From an uncultured virus (IMG/VR IMGVR_UViG_3300033074_001400) (lineage: Duplodnaviria > Heunggongvirae > Uroviricota > Caudoviricetes), in IMG/VR virus record IMGVR_UViG_3300033074_001400, positions 1-64,000 of that record: a stretch of DNA of 64,000 nt; one strand, written 5' to 3'. The position numbers and the translations under genes were made by a program. Shown piece after piece: positions 9,117-17,813 of the stretch (its first letter is position 1; every line of letters begins with the position of its first letter). The notes below the pieces were generated by a model. The model had not been told where the DNA came from and searched no databases. It saw nothing but the letters and a program-made list of their open reading frames with translations.

Positions 9117-9451
9117 AACTTAAAGAATTACCTCCAGAATTATTTGATTTAGTTACTCTTCGTTATATAGAATATAAAAATAGAGTAGGTATTACAGGAA
9201 TTACAAAAATACCACAAGGATGTATCGAATTTAGTGTAAGTAGCTTATTTATATTTTCAGGTACTCCAGAATATAAAATTGACGATAAATTTTGGTCAAA
9301 AGTATCAAATTATGATATATCTGAACTTGAAAATATAAAGAAATCACCAGCTTATCCTAACAAATCTTACGATATTGCTATAGATGTAGCGAAGAAAAAG
9401 TTAGATAATATATTAATAGACAAACAATTCTATGACAAATATTGGATATAG
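9113..9451 (+). CDS. tandem paralog 3 (FYxKYWI family)
   Basis: MKLKELPPEL...GTPE..FWS...FYDKYWI; ATG 9113 overlaps the upstream stop. Confidence 0.75.
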   Translation: MKLKELPPELFDLVTLRYIEYKNRVGITGITKIPQGCIEFSVSSLFIFSGTPEYKIDDKFWSKVSNYDISELENIKKSPAYPNKSYDIAIDVAKKKLDNILIDKQFYDKYWI

Positions 9452-9471
9452 CAATTAAAAAATTTTAAAAT

Positions 9472-9708
9472 ATGATATTAGAAATTATTACATTTATTGC
9501 ATCTGTTGCAATTGTTTTAAGCATTTTTATTAAATGGCTGTTTAAAGTAAAATATGAAAATACTGAAACTGAAGAAATATTTAATTCTATAAAACAAGCA
9601 GCTAAAAGCATTAATGTAGTAAGCAGTACACTTTGTGCAATGTTATCAGGTAGAAATCCTAATAAAACTAAAATGAAGTATTATAATCCAAAAGAAAATA
9701 TTACATGA
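9472..9708 (+). CDS. chimeric ORF: N-terminal TM helix plus NUMOD1-like homing endonuclease DNA-binding remnant
   Basis: hydrophobic first 24 aa, then TEEIFNSIKQAAKSINV..STL..MLSG. Confidence 0.55.
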   Translation: MILEIITFIASVAIVLSIFIKWLFKVKYENTETEEIFNSIKQAAKSINVVSSTLCAMLSGRNPNKTKMKYYNPKENIT

Positions 9709-10185
9709 CAAAGTTTACAAAAAGAATAGTAGCTTTTATAATGTGGGTAGAGTATTATTTTAATAAACTTTTTAAATTATAATATGAAAAAATTATATTT
9801 GCTCAAGGAGAATTTCCAACAAGAGAAAAGGCTTGGAATAAAGCTATTGAAGAAACATTAAAACTTATTTAACATGGCAAAATTTGCAAGAAACGCTAAT
9901 CCAGCTTATAAGAAAGCTGTATTGAAAGCTCAATATGACAGATTGTCTGAAACTGATACAAAGACATTGAAACAAGTTCAAAAGGAATACATTGCAAATA
10001 TGTGGCCTAAAGACAGAAAGCTCTTATTTCCAAAGTTAAAACTTTCTTAACATGATAATATTATTTAAAAAAATAAAAAACTTTTTCAGACCAGATAGTT
10101 CTGGAAATTATTGTCTTGATTGTGGTAGAATATACTATAATTGTGTATGTTCTCATGATGATGATGATGAATAAACTTATTTAGT

Positions 10186-10479
10186 ATGGAAAACATTAAT
10201 ATAGAAGCAATTCTTGATAAACATCTACCATACCCCCTTGTAGATCATACAACTATGTATGTAAAAGCAGCTATTAAAGAAATAGTAGAAGCAGTGATAG
10301 ATAAATGTGCTGAAGAAGCTGAAACAAAAGATTTAACTCGTCCAAATTGTGACGATCATACTCCATATCGTGGCCCTTGTATAAGTTGTAGTAATTATCA
10401 CAATCCTGATATAATTATAGGTTCTACAATTAATAAAGAATCTATTTTGAAAGTAAAAGAAATGATTAATTTTTCTTAA
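10186..10479 (+). CDS. hypothetical protein with Cys-rich insert
   Basis: 97 aa; CISC; INKESIL terminus. Confidence 0.6.
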   Translation: MENINIEAILDKHLPYPLVDHTTMYVKAAIKEIVEAVIDKCAEEAETKDLTRPNCDDHTPYRGPCISCSNYHNPDIIIGSTINKESILKVKEMINFS

Positions 10480-10484
10480 ATATA

Positions 10485-10516
10485 TTTGGTAATACCATTT
10501 CTTTTACTTAGCTTTG
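10485..10516 (+). promoter_or_regulatory. Bacteroidota housekeeping-sigma promoter
   Basis: TTTG (10485) - 20 nt - TAGCTTTG (10509). Confidence 0.75.
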
Positions 10517-10520
10517 TAGC

Positions 10521-10772
10521 ATGAAAAGCTACATTATATATAAATTAACCTTTCCTAATGGGAAAGTTTACATTGGTCAGTCTACTAACTTAACCAAAAG
10601 ATTTAAGCAATATGAAAAAAAGCAAACTAAAAGACAACCACTTTTACATAATACTATAGTAAAATATGACTGGAAGGAAGTAATTAAAGAAATTATTTTT
10701 GCAGGATTAAGTAAAGAAGATGCTGATAATCAAGAAATTAGGTTAATTGCGGAATATTTAACTATAAAATAG
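10521..10772 (+). pseudogene. truncated GIY-YIG homing endonuclease (catalytic N-domain only)
   Basis: YIIYKLTFPNGKVYIGQS..RF..Y..E; ends at 83 aa with no DNA-binding tail. Confidence 0.7.
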
Positions 10773-11080
10773 ATTAACGGGTGAAAATAAGTGCTACACT
10801 CATAACTGAGTGAAATTAACAACGGAGGCAGCAAAGTTGGCACGAATACGCTACCTAAGTTCTTTTACCATCTGCAATTATGCAGCAAGCCCTAAGCGAT
10901 ATGCAATTAGCAGGAACGAGAAATCACTACTTAGGTAAAACTCCTGATTGACAGACGGTATTTTTTTTCATACGGTGGACATATAGCAAACTCCCGTTAT
11001 GTCTACATCGGGAATCTTTAAACACTAAAAACTAAACACATGAACACGCCTTTACAAATGTTAATTGACAGAATAAATGA

Positions 11081-11227
11081 TGGTATAAAAATGGATATTT
11101 TTCTGATACAGAATATGAACCAGCTACAGAAAAAGAATGTAATTGGCTTTTAGCTTGTATTCAAGCTGGTAAGTTTGTACCTATATTTGAAATAACAGTT
11201 GATGAATTTTCTTTATATATTAATTAA
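11081..11227 (+). pseudogene. headless C-terminal remnant of a tag-family gene (ends LYIN)
   Basis: WYKNGYFSDTEYEPATEKECNWLLACIQAGKFVPIFEITVDEFSLYIN*, preceded by an in-frame TGA; resembles the C-half of ORF 2465. Confidence 0.55.
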
Positions 11228-11232
11228 AAATT

Positions 11233-11628
11233 ATGAAAAAAAATTATGACATTTTATTAGATGGTCCATCTGGAGGTGGTACTATTCAGAAAACCAAGGC
11301 TAATAATCAAGTAAATGTAATTTATCCAAAAAGAAACAAGTATGGCGTATGGTCATTTGATGATGATGATCTAGGTATTGTGGGTGAACCATTTGTAGGA
11401 GATATTAATGTTATGATTGATATGTACTCAAATGGTAAAAAATCATTAGAAATTTATATTTCTAAAGATATTATTCCTAACTTTACACTCAGTTTGAGTA
11501 GAATTAAAAATTCCGATGTAGAAGGAATGTATTTATTAGATGGTACTGATATTGAAGGATGGCTTTGTCCCTGCCTTCTCAATTATTTTCCTGATTATGT
11601 GGACAAAATATATGCAAAAATTAATTAA
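11233..11628 (+). CDS. DUF6717-like protein
   Basis: WSFDD..L..EPFVG...ID and GWLCPCLLNYF motifs. Confidence 0.7.
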   Translation: MKKNYDILLDGPSGGGTIQKTKANNQVNVIYPKRNKYGVWSFDDDDLGIVGEPFVGDINVMIDMYSNGKKSLEIYISKDIIPNFTLSLSRIKNSDVEGMYLLDGTDIEGWLCPCLLNYFPDYVDKIYAKIN

Positions 11629-11647
11629 TAATTAAAAAGTTAAAAAA

Positions 11648-12490
11648 ATGGCAAAAAAAGTTGCAAAATTTAAAGTGGGTGATCAAGTGGTTGGCAATCA
11701 GTTAGCTAGTTGTTATACTATTACAAAACCGGGATGGATTGGAAAAGTAGTAAAAGTTACAGGTACTGATTATATCTATGTAACAGGTGAACGTGCTGTT
11801 AATGAATTTGTGGATGTTGATAGATTTGATCTATATAAAGCTCCTGCTAAAAAACTGGAAGTGATAAAAATTAAAGATGGTGACTATTTTATCGCTACTA
11901 AAAAAGGTGTAAGAGGCAATGCTGCAAAATGTTGCGGTGTTGTCACTGATTATTATGAAGATATTGCTGTTTTAGCTGGAACAAATTTAGTTGAAGAAAA
12001 TGAAGACGCTGATGCTTTTCACGGATTTCCTACATATCAGGAAGAAAGTTGGGATATAAAAACACAAACCATAAAAGATGCTTTTGGTTTCTCTACATTT
12101 GAAATTGTAAAAGATAAAAGACAGATTGCTATTATTAATGCTCATAAAATGGTAACAGTAGAAGGTCATTCTGTCACTGTAACAAAAGACACAGTAAGTT
12201 TTGGATGTGGTAGTGTTAGGATGAAAAAAGGGCAGGCTGGTGTATTTATTGATGTACTTAAAGATTATGACGATTCTAACACTCTGGATACATTAATAAC
12301 AATCAGAGAAGATTACGGTGATAACATTATTAACGATATTCAGAAATTGCTCACAAAAGTTGTAAGTTCAGGTCAATTTAAAAACGTAAACGAATTTATT
12401 GAATTATGTGATACAATTAGAAATGAGGGTGTTGAATTTAATAATATGGATGATGATGAGCTTCTGAATTTAGAAAAGTTGTTAAAATAA
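11648..12490 (+). CDS. hypothetical protein with N-terminal SH3/KOW-like domain
   Basis: KFKVGDQVVG...GKVVKV; 280 aa. Confidence 0.7.
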   Translation: MAKKVAKFKVGDQVVGNQLASCYTITKPGWIGKVVKVTGTDYIYVTGERAVNEFVDVDRFDLYKAPAKKLEVIKIKDGDYFIATKKGVRGNAAKCCGVVTDYYEDIAVLAGTNLVEENEDADAFHGFPTYQEESWDIKTQTIKDAFGFSTFEIVKDKRQIAIINAHKMVTVEGHSVTVTKDTVSFGCGSVRMKKGQAGVFIDVLKDYDDSNTLDTLITIREDYGDNIINDIQKLLTKVVSSGQFKNVNEFIELCDTIRNEGVEFNNMDDDELLNLEKLLK

Positions 12491-12496
12491 GAGAAC

Positions 12497-14464
12497 ATGA
12501 AGATATTAGTGCATGATATAGAAACCCCAAAAGGTTGTTTTTTGATAAGTGTGTTTGTTCCTGAAACAGGAAAATGGATTGATTTCATTATAAATCAATA
12601 TCAAAATGATTTATATAAACTTATTAAGTTTTTAGATGATAATAGTTACTATTATTTTGTAGGATTTAATAATTTAACATTTGACGGTCAAGTGATCGAA
12701 TGGATTTATAGAAATTATGAGAAATGGGAAAAATTATCAGGTAGGGAGATTGCTGCACTAATATGGGAATATGCTCAAGATGTAATAGACGCAACTAATA
12801 ATGGAGGTTTTCCGCCTTTTCGTGAAGATCAATTAACTTTTAAACCTATTGATGTCTTTAAGATTCAACACTTCGATAATAAAAATCGAAGAGTAGGATT
12901 AAAAAGACTTGAATATGAAATGGATGCAGAAGATGTTCGAGAAATGAAGATTAGTCATTTAAAAGAAGATTTTACTCAAGAGGAAGTGGAAGACCTCATT
13001 TATTATTGCCACAATGACGTTTTAAACACTTATAGAAATTATCTTTATGTAATAGGCGAGGTTGATAACACTATATATAAAGGTAATCATCAGATAGAAA
13101 TAAGAGAAGCAATATCTGAAAAATTTGGATTTAATTGTTTAAATTACTCTGATTCTAAATTGGGAGATGAAATAATTAAAAAACTTTATTGTGAACATAA
13201 TAATATTTCATATACAAATCTTCCTAAAAAGGGAACTTTTAGGAAATTTGTAGAATTCAAGTGGGGAATTCCTAAATATGTCTCTTTTAAAACTCCTGAA
13301 TTACAGGAGTTTTTACAAAGAATGAAAGCTAAAAAAATAGGAGCCGCTGAAGAATTTGAGGAATCTGTAAGAGTATTTAATCAGATACATACTGTTGGTC
13401 TTGGGGGAATTCATAATGTTATTGAAAATAAGCAATATCATTCTGATGATGAATATATTATTATAGACGCAGACGTAACGGGATACTACGCAAGAACTAT
13501 TATAAATAATAAATTTTCTCCTGCTCATTTGAATAAAGAATCATTTATAAATGCGTATAAATGGGGAGTTGAAGAAAGAGAAAGATTAAAACCTGAATCT
13601 AAGAAAGATAAAAAGATAAAAGGTATTGTTAGTGGGTACAAAAATATGGGAAATTCTGTTTATGGTAAAACAGGAGATATGAGTAATTGGTTATACGACC
13701 CTCAATGCAGATTAAATATATGTATAGCAGGAGAAATGTCAATCCTTATGCTAATCGAAGACCAAGAATTAGCTAGAAATCAATGTATTATGAGTAATAC
13801 AGATGGTGCTACATTCTTGGTAAAACGTACAGAAATTGATAAATTTTATGAAATATGTAAAAAATGGTGTGAATTAACAAGTTATGCACTAGAATTTGCA
13901 GAATTTAAAGATATGTGGTTTTTAACAGTGAATGATTATTTAGCTGTTAAGATGGACGGTGAAGTAAAAAGAAAAGGTGATTTCTTAATTGATACAGAGT
14001 TGCATAAAAACAAGAGTTTCAGAGTGATTCCTTTAGGACTATCTGAATATTTTATAAATAATGTACAACCTGAAGAATTTGTTAGTTCTTTTGATAATAT
14101 ATTCCATTTTTGCGGAAGAAGTACAGCAGGAGATACATACTATCATCAGTATTATGATATAGAAGAGAAAAAGTGGAAATCCTTACCAAAACTTATTAGA
14201 TATTATGTATCTAAACAGGGTGTGAAAGTGATGAAAATAGTACGAGAAGATAACGATACAAATGCCTCAGATGCTAATATCAGACCTGCTGAACATAAAA
14301 AAATTATATGTAATAGTCTTATGCCTAGTACTCATAAAGAACATTTAGAGAAAGTAGATAGAGAATGGTATATAGATGAGATCAAAAAGCTTATATATAG
14401 ACTTAGTACAGGTAAAAAGCCAAAAAATATTAAAAAAGACCCTAATCAAATTAATTTATTTTAA
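12497..14464 (+). CDS. polB: family B DNA polymerase (crAss-type) with 3'-5' exonuclease
   Basis: HDIET, GFNNLTFD and YCHNDV exonuclease motifs; DADVTGYY, KNMGNSVYG and NTDG polymerase motifs. Confidence 0.93.
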   Translation: MKILVHDIETPKGCFLISVFVPETGKWIDFIINQYQNDLYKLIKFLDDNSYYYFVGFNNLTFDGQVIEWIYRNYEKWEKLSGREIAALIWEYAQDVIDATNNGGFPPFREDQLTFKPIDVFKIQHFDNKNRRVGLKRLEYEMDAEDVREMKISHLKEDFTQEEVEDLIYYCHNDVLNTYRNYLYVIGEVDNTIYKGNHQIEIREAISEKFGFNCLNYSDSKLGDEIIKKLYCEHNNISYTNLPKKGTFRKFVEFKWGIPKYVSFKTPELQEFLQRMKAKKIGAAEEFEESVRVFNQIHTVGLGGIHNVIENKQYHSDDEYIIIDADVTGYYARTIINNKFSPAHLNKESFINAYKWGVEERERLKPESKKDKKIKGIVSGYKNMGNSVYGKTGDMSNWLYDPQCRLNICIAGEMSILMLIEDQELARNQCIMSNTDGATFLVKRTEIDKFYEICKKWCELTSYALEFAEFKDMWFLTVNDYLAVKMDGEVKRKGDFLIDTELHKNKSFRVIPLGLSEYFINNVQPEEFVSSFDNIFHFCGRSTAGDTYYHQYYDIEEKKWKSLPKLIRYYVSKQGVKVMKIVREDNDTNASDANIRPAEHKKIICNSLMPSTHKEHLEKVDREWYIDEIKKLIYRLSTGKKPKNIKKDPNQINLF

Positions 14465-14467
14465 ATT

Positions 14468-14809
14468 ATGAGAAAATATATAAAACGAATTATAAGAGAA
14501 ATAGACGCTGGTGCTCCATCGAAGAGAAAAAAAGAAAAGAATTGGGTGATAGAATATAAATGGATTTCTCGTGTAGATTTTGAGAAATATCCTAAAGGAT
14601 GGATGTCTAAAAAAGAATATACAGATGAATGGACTGAAGATTCGTGGAATTCTAAATTTAGAACTTCATCTGGAGCAAAGGATCATATATTAAGTCAAAT
14701 ACGACATGAATATGCATCTCCGTATTTACAAGGAAGAGAATGGAGAACTAGAAATATTATTTCTGGAGAAATTATAAATTTTGATAACATTTTAAATCAT
14801 TACAAATGA
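14468..14809 (+). CDS. hypothetical protein
   Basis: 113-aa ORF. Confidence 0.6.
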   Translation: MRKYIKRIIREIDAGAPSKRKKEKNWVIEYKWISRVDFEKYPKGWMSKKEYTDEWTEDSWNSKFRTSSGAKDHILSQIRHEYASPYLQGREWRTRNIISGEIINFDNILNHYK

Positions 14810-15090
14810 GAGAATCATTACCGGATAGGTGGTATATAAACACTACAGAAGTTCCTGAAGCAGGCATATGGTTTAATAAACAAGTAAATACAGTAACTGG
14901 TACATATACTCGTGGAACTTTTGAATATATTTCTTCACATAATGATGATAATATTAAAATAGGTACTACTAAAAATCCACAACTAACTTTTTCAGGAATA
15001 AGAGAACATTCCGAAAAAATTACAAGAGAGGAATTTCTACATTTTATTTTAGGTAAATCAATTGACAACGAACCTTTATTTTTAAATTAA
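14806..15090 (+). CDS. hypothetical protein, C-terminal FLN (paralog of 7808)
   Basis: MRESLPDRWYI...ITREEFLHFIL; ends NEPLFLN. Confidence 0.75.
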   Translation: MRESLPDRWYINTTEVPEAGIWFNKQVNTVTGTYTRGTFEYISSHNDDNIKIGTTKNPQLTFSGIREHSEKITREEFLHFILGKSIDNEPLFLN

Positions 15091-15097
15091 AAAAATT

Positions 15098-15415
15098 ATG
15101 GAAAATTTATCGTTTATATATAACGGACAAACTTTTACAGAAGGATCGAAAGTGAGAGTAATAATTAGCAGTCATAAAGAAGAGCAAGATGGAGAAATAA
15201 CACAAATAACACAAAATTCATCTCAAATTACTTTCTTTGTTCTCTTTAATAATGGCGACAATGGAAGCTCTCCAAAAAACAAAAAGGGATGGAAAAAGTC
15301 ATGGGTGTGTAATATAGGCAAAGGTGGTAAACCTAAAAGTACTGATTTTCCTAAACTATTAAAACTAGCTGTTCCTGAGAATATAATTGAAGTAGATGAA
15401 TCATTTATTAATTAA
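15098..15415 (+). CDS. SH3-like hypothetical protein, C-terminal FIN
   Basis: FTEGSKVRV; ends VDESFIN. Confidence 0.7.
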   Translation: MENLSFIYNGQTFTEGSKVRVIISSHKEEQDGEITQITQNSSQITFFVLFNNGDNGSSPKNKKGWKKSWVCNIGKGGKPKSTDFPKLLKLAVPENIIEVDESFIN

Positions 15416-15429
15416 AAAATTATTTTAAA

Positions 15430-15750
15430 ATGAGTTATGTTAAGATAAAATCATATGATGAATTAGTTAAATATGAAGGAAAAGAAGTTTTCCGTATACA
15501 ATCAAAGAAATATGTACCTCTAATAGTAGGATGTGTAAATGATGAAAGAGGTGATTTTAATTTAAGTGATTTTCGTAATGGATTTCTATATTTAGGTGGA
15601 AATAACAAATCTTTAGATGGGAAACATGATAAAATAGCTAAAATAATGGGTACTAAATATGCATATATAATTAGTGCTAATAGTTCTTTTGGTATAGATT
15701 TATTTATAAAAATAGAAGATATTGAAGTAACTAGTGAATTTTTAAATTAA
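15430..15750 (+). CDS. hypothetical protein, C-terminal FLN
   Basis: ends VTSEFLN. Confidence 0.7.
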   Translation: MSYVKIKSYDELVKYEGKEVFRIQSKKYVPLIVGCVNDERGDFNLSDFRNGFLYLGGNNKSLDGKHDKIAKIMGTKYAYIISANSSFGIDLFIKIEDIEVTSEFLN

Positions 15751-15907
15751 ATATTATGATAAAATTATCTCCAACAAAATATTGTCAAATATTAACTGAC
15801 ATTCCAGATGGAAGAATGATTTTAAGTGGGTGGGATTATAGTATAGTTTATTATTTATTTGGAATGTTTCCAGTAGTATTTTACACTAAAGATTTAATAA
15901 AATAAAT

Positions 15908-16117
15908 GTGAATAAACAACTATTTGAGCAGATAAGAGAAGAAGAACTGCAAGATAATATTGATTTACAAGAAGAAATATATAATAAGGAAATTGAATAT
16001 TTACAAAGATTTAAAGATGATTCTGCAAAAAAGAGGTTATTTTTTAATAAAATTAGAACGAAAAATAGAATAAATAACCCTAAATTTGCAGTGAAGGATA
16101 AACCCCTTCCTTTTTAA
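15908..16117 (+). CDS. hypothetical protein ending in LPF
   Basis: 69 aa, GTG start. Confidence 0.55.
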   Translation: MNKQLFEQIREEELQDNIDLQEEIYNKEIEYLQRFKDDSAKKRLFFNKIRTKNRINNPKFAVKDKPLPF

Positions 16118-16119
16118 AT

Positions 16120-16731
16120 ATGACTAAACTATTTAATTTTACACAAGCGCATTATTCGTCCCTATGTAGACAAAAAGTTCCTCTTGATTGTGTATTTATA
16201 CTTGAAATGATTAAAGAGGAACAAGATATTGATAATGAGGAATTTCTACCATTCATTCAGCGTCTTCAGCGTAAAGGATATATAGATATACGTAATAATC
16301 TTACTCAATATGGAGAAGAATTATACGAATCTATGAAAAACGAGGTGGTTACGGAAGTAAAAACCAAAAGAAGACCTAGAGTGAATGGTGAGAAATTCGA
16401 TGAATGGTGGGAAGTATATCCTGCTACGAACAATTTTACGATTCAGAACACTGATTTTAAAGGAACACAAAATAAACGTATTAAAAAGGAGGATTGTAAA
16501 AAATTATTTAATGTAATGTGTTCCTCAGAGTTTGATCCTGATGATGTTATAATGGCAACAAAACATCACTTACAAACGGCTATGGAATTAAGCTTGAAAC
16601 GTAGAGAAAATCAAGTGAGTTTTATTCCGAATTCTGAAAGATATCTGAGAGAAAGATATTTTGAACCTTATATTAAATTGTATAAAACAAAACAAACAGC
16701 AGCTAAAAGCGGAGGAGATTTTGAAATATGA
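16120..16731 (+). CDS. putative replication initiator / helicase loader (HTH)
   Basis: LQRKGYI winged-helix-like segment, FDEWWEVYP and NSERYL; coupled to the helicase gene. Confidence 0.6.
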   Translation: MTKLFNFTQAHYSSLCRQKVPLDCVFILEMIKEEQDIDNEEFLPFIQRLQRKGYIDIRNNLTQYGEELYESMKNEVVTEVKTKRRPRVNGEKFDEWWEVYPATNNFTIQNTDFKGTQNKRIKKEDCKKLFNVMCSSEFDPDDVIMATKHHLQTAMELSLKRRENQVSFIPNSERYLRERYFEPYIKLYKTKQTAAKSGGDFEI

Positions 16732-17813
16732 GTTTCTTTGGAGATTTAAGACAGGCCATTAATGATGGTATAGAAGGGAAAAATAAAGGATATTCTTTGG
16801 GCCTACCTAGATTGGATAGATATATCTCCTTGAGAAAGAAGATGTTCTATGTAATTATGGGGTCTAGTGGATCAGGAAAGAGTAGTTTATTGTATGATGC
16901 GTTCATTCTCAACCCTTTAGAATCATTATCTAAAGTAAAAGACACCGATAAGAAGCTAAAATATATCCTTTTTTCAATGGAAAGGAGTAAAACCTATATC
17001 CATGCTAAATGGCTTATACGGCGTATATTCCTCGATACAGGGAAGATCATTCCTATGCATACATTGATGAATTGGTATGGAGATAAGCTAACAGAAGATG
17101 CCCTATCGCTTATAGATCAATATGAGGACTATTTTGTATTCCTTGAGAGTAGAATAGACCTATATGAAGGAGGAAGAAGTCCAAATGATATATTCAGGAT
17201 AGGTAAGGAATATGCAGAAACACATGGAAAAGAGGAAAAAGTAAGTGAGTTTAAGAAAATTTACACTGCTTCTGATCCAAATGAAGACGTTATTGTAGCA
17301 GGAGATCACCTAGGATTGATAAAAGTGGGAAAAGACTATCCGGTTAAAAAACAAGCTATTGATCGTACTGTTGAGAATTTTCAATATTTTAGAGATCATT
17401 TAGGGTGGTCAACAATAGCTGTAAATCAATTGAATAGAGATTTAAGTAGTCCAATTTATACAAAATTAGATAGCTTTGAGCCACATTTAGATAACGCTAA
17501 AGAAAGTGGTACAACAGCGGAGGCAGCAGATGTAGTAATAAGTGTATTTGATCCTTTGAGATATAATACAAATGATAAGTTTTATGGTGATGTATCAACG
17601 TTTAAATCACCAGAATCAGGTCATAAATATTTTAGAAATATTAAAGTATTAAAGAACTCATATGGTATTGATGATGCGTCTATAGGTACAGCTTTTCAAG
17701 GAGAATGTGGAATTTTTAAAGAATTACCAAAAAGTTCATATATTCGTGAAAATTGGAATGGGGAAAATTATAAAGATATCTTTAGTAATACATATTTTTT
17801 AACAAATGACTGA
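16728..17813 (+). CDS. dnaB: DnaB-like (SF4) replicative helicase
   Basis: GSSGSGKS, FSME, GDHLGL, NQLNR, KESG and KNSYG motifs. Confidence 0.88.
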   Translation: MSFFGDLRQAINDGIEGKNKGYSLGLPRLDRYISLRKKMFYVIMGSSGSGKSSLLYDAFILNPLESLSKVKDTDKKLKYILFSMERSKTYIHAKWLIRRIFLDTGKIIPMHTLMNWYGDKLTEDALSLIDQYEDYFVFLESRIDLYEGGRSPNDIFRIGKEYAETHGKEEKVSEFKKIYTASDPNEDVIVAGDHLGLIKVGKDYPVKKQAIDRTVENFQYFRDHLGWSTIAVNQLNRDLSSPIYTKLDSFEPHLDNAKESGTTAEAADVVISVFDPLRYNTNDKFYGDVSTFKSPESGHKYFRNIKVLKNSYGIDDASIGTAFQGECGIFKELPKSSYIRENWNGENYKDIFSNTYFLTND

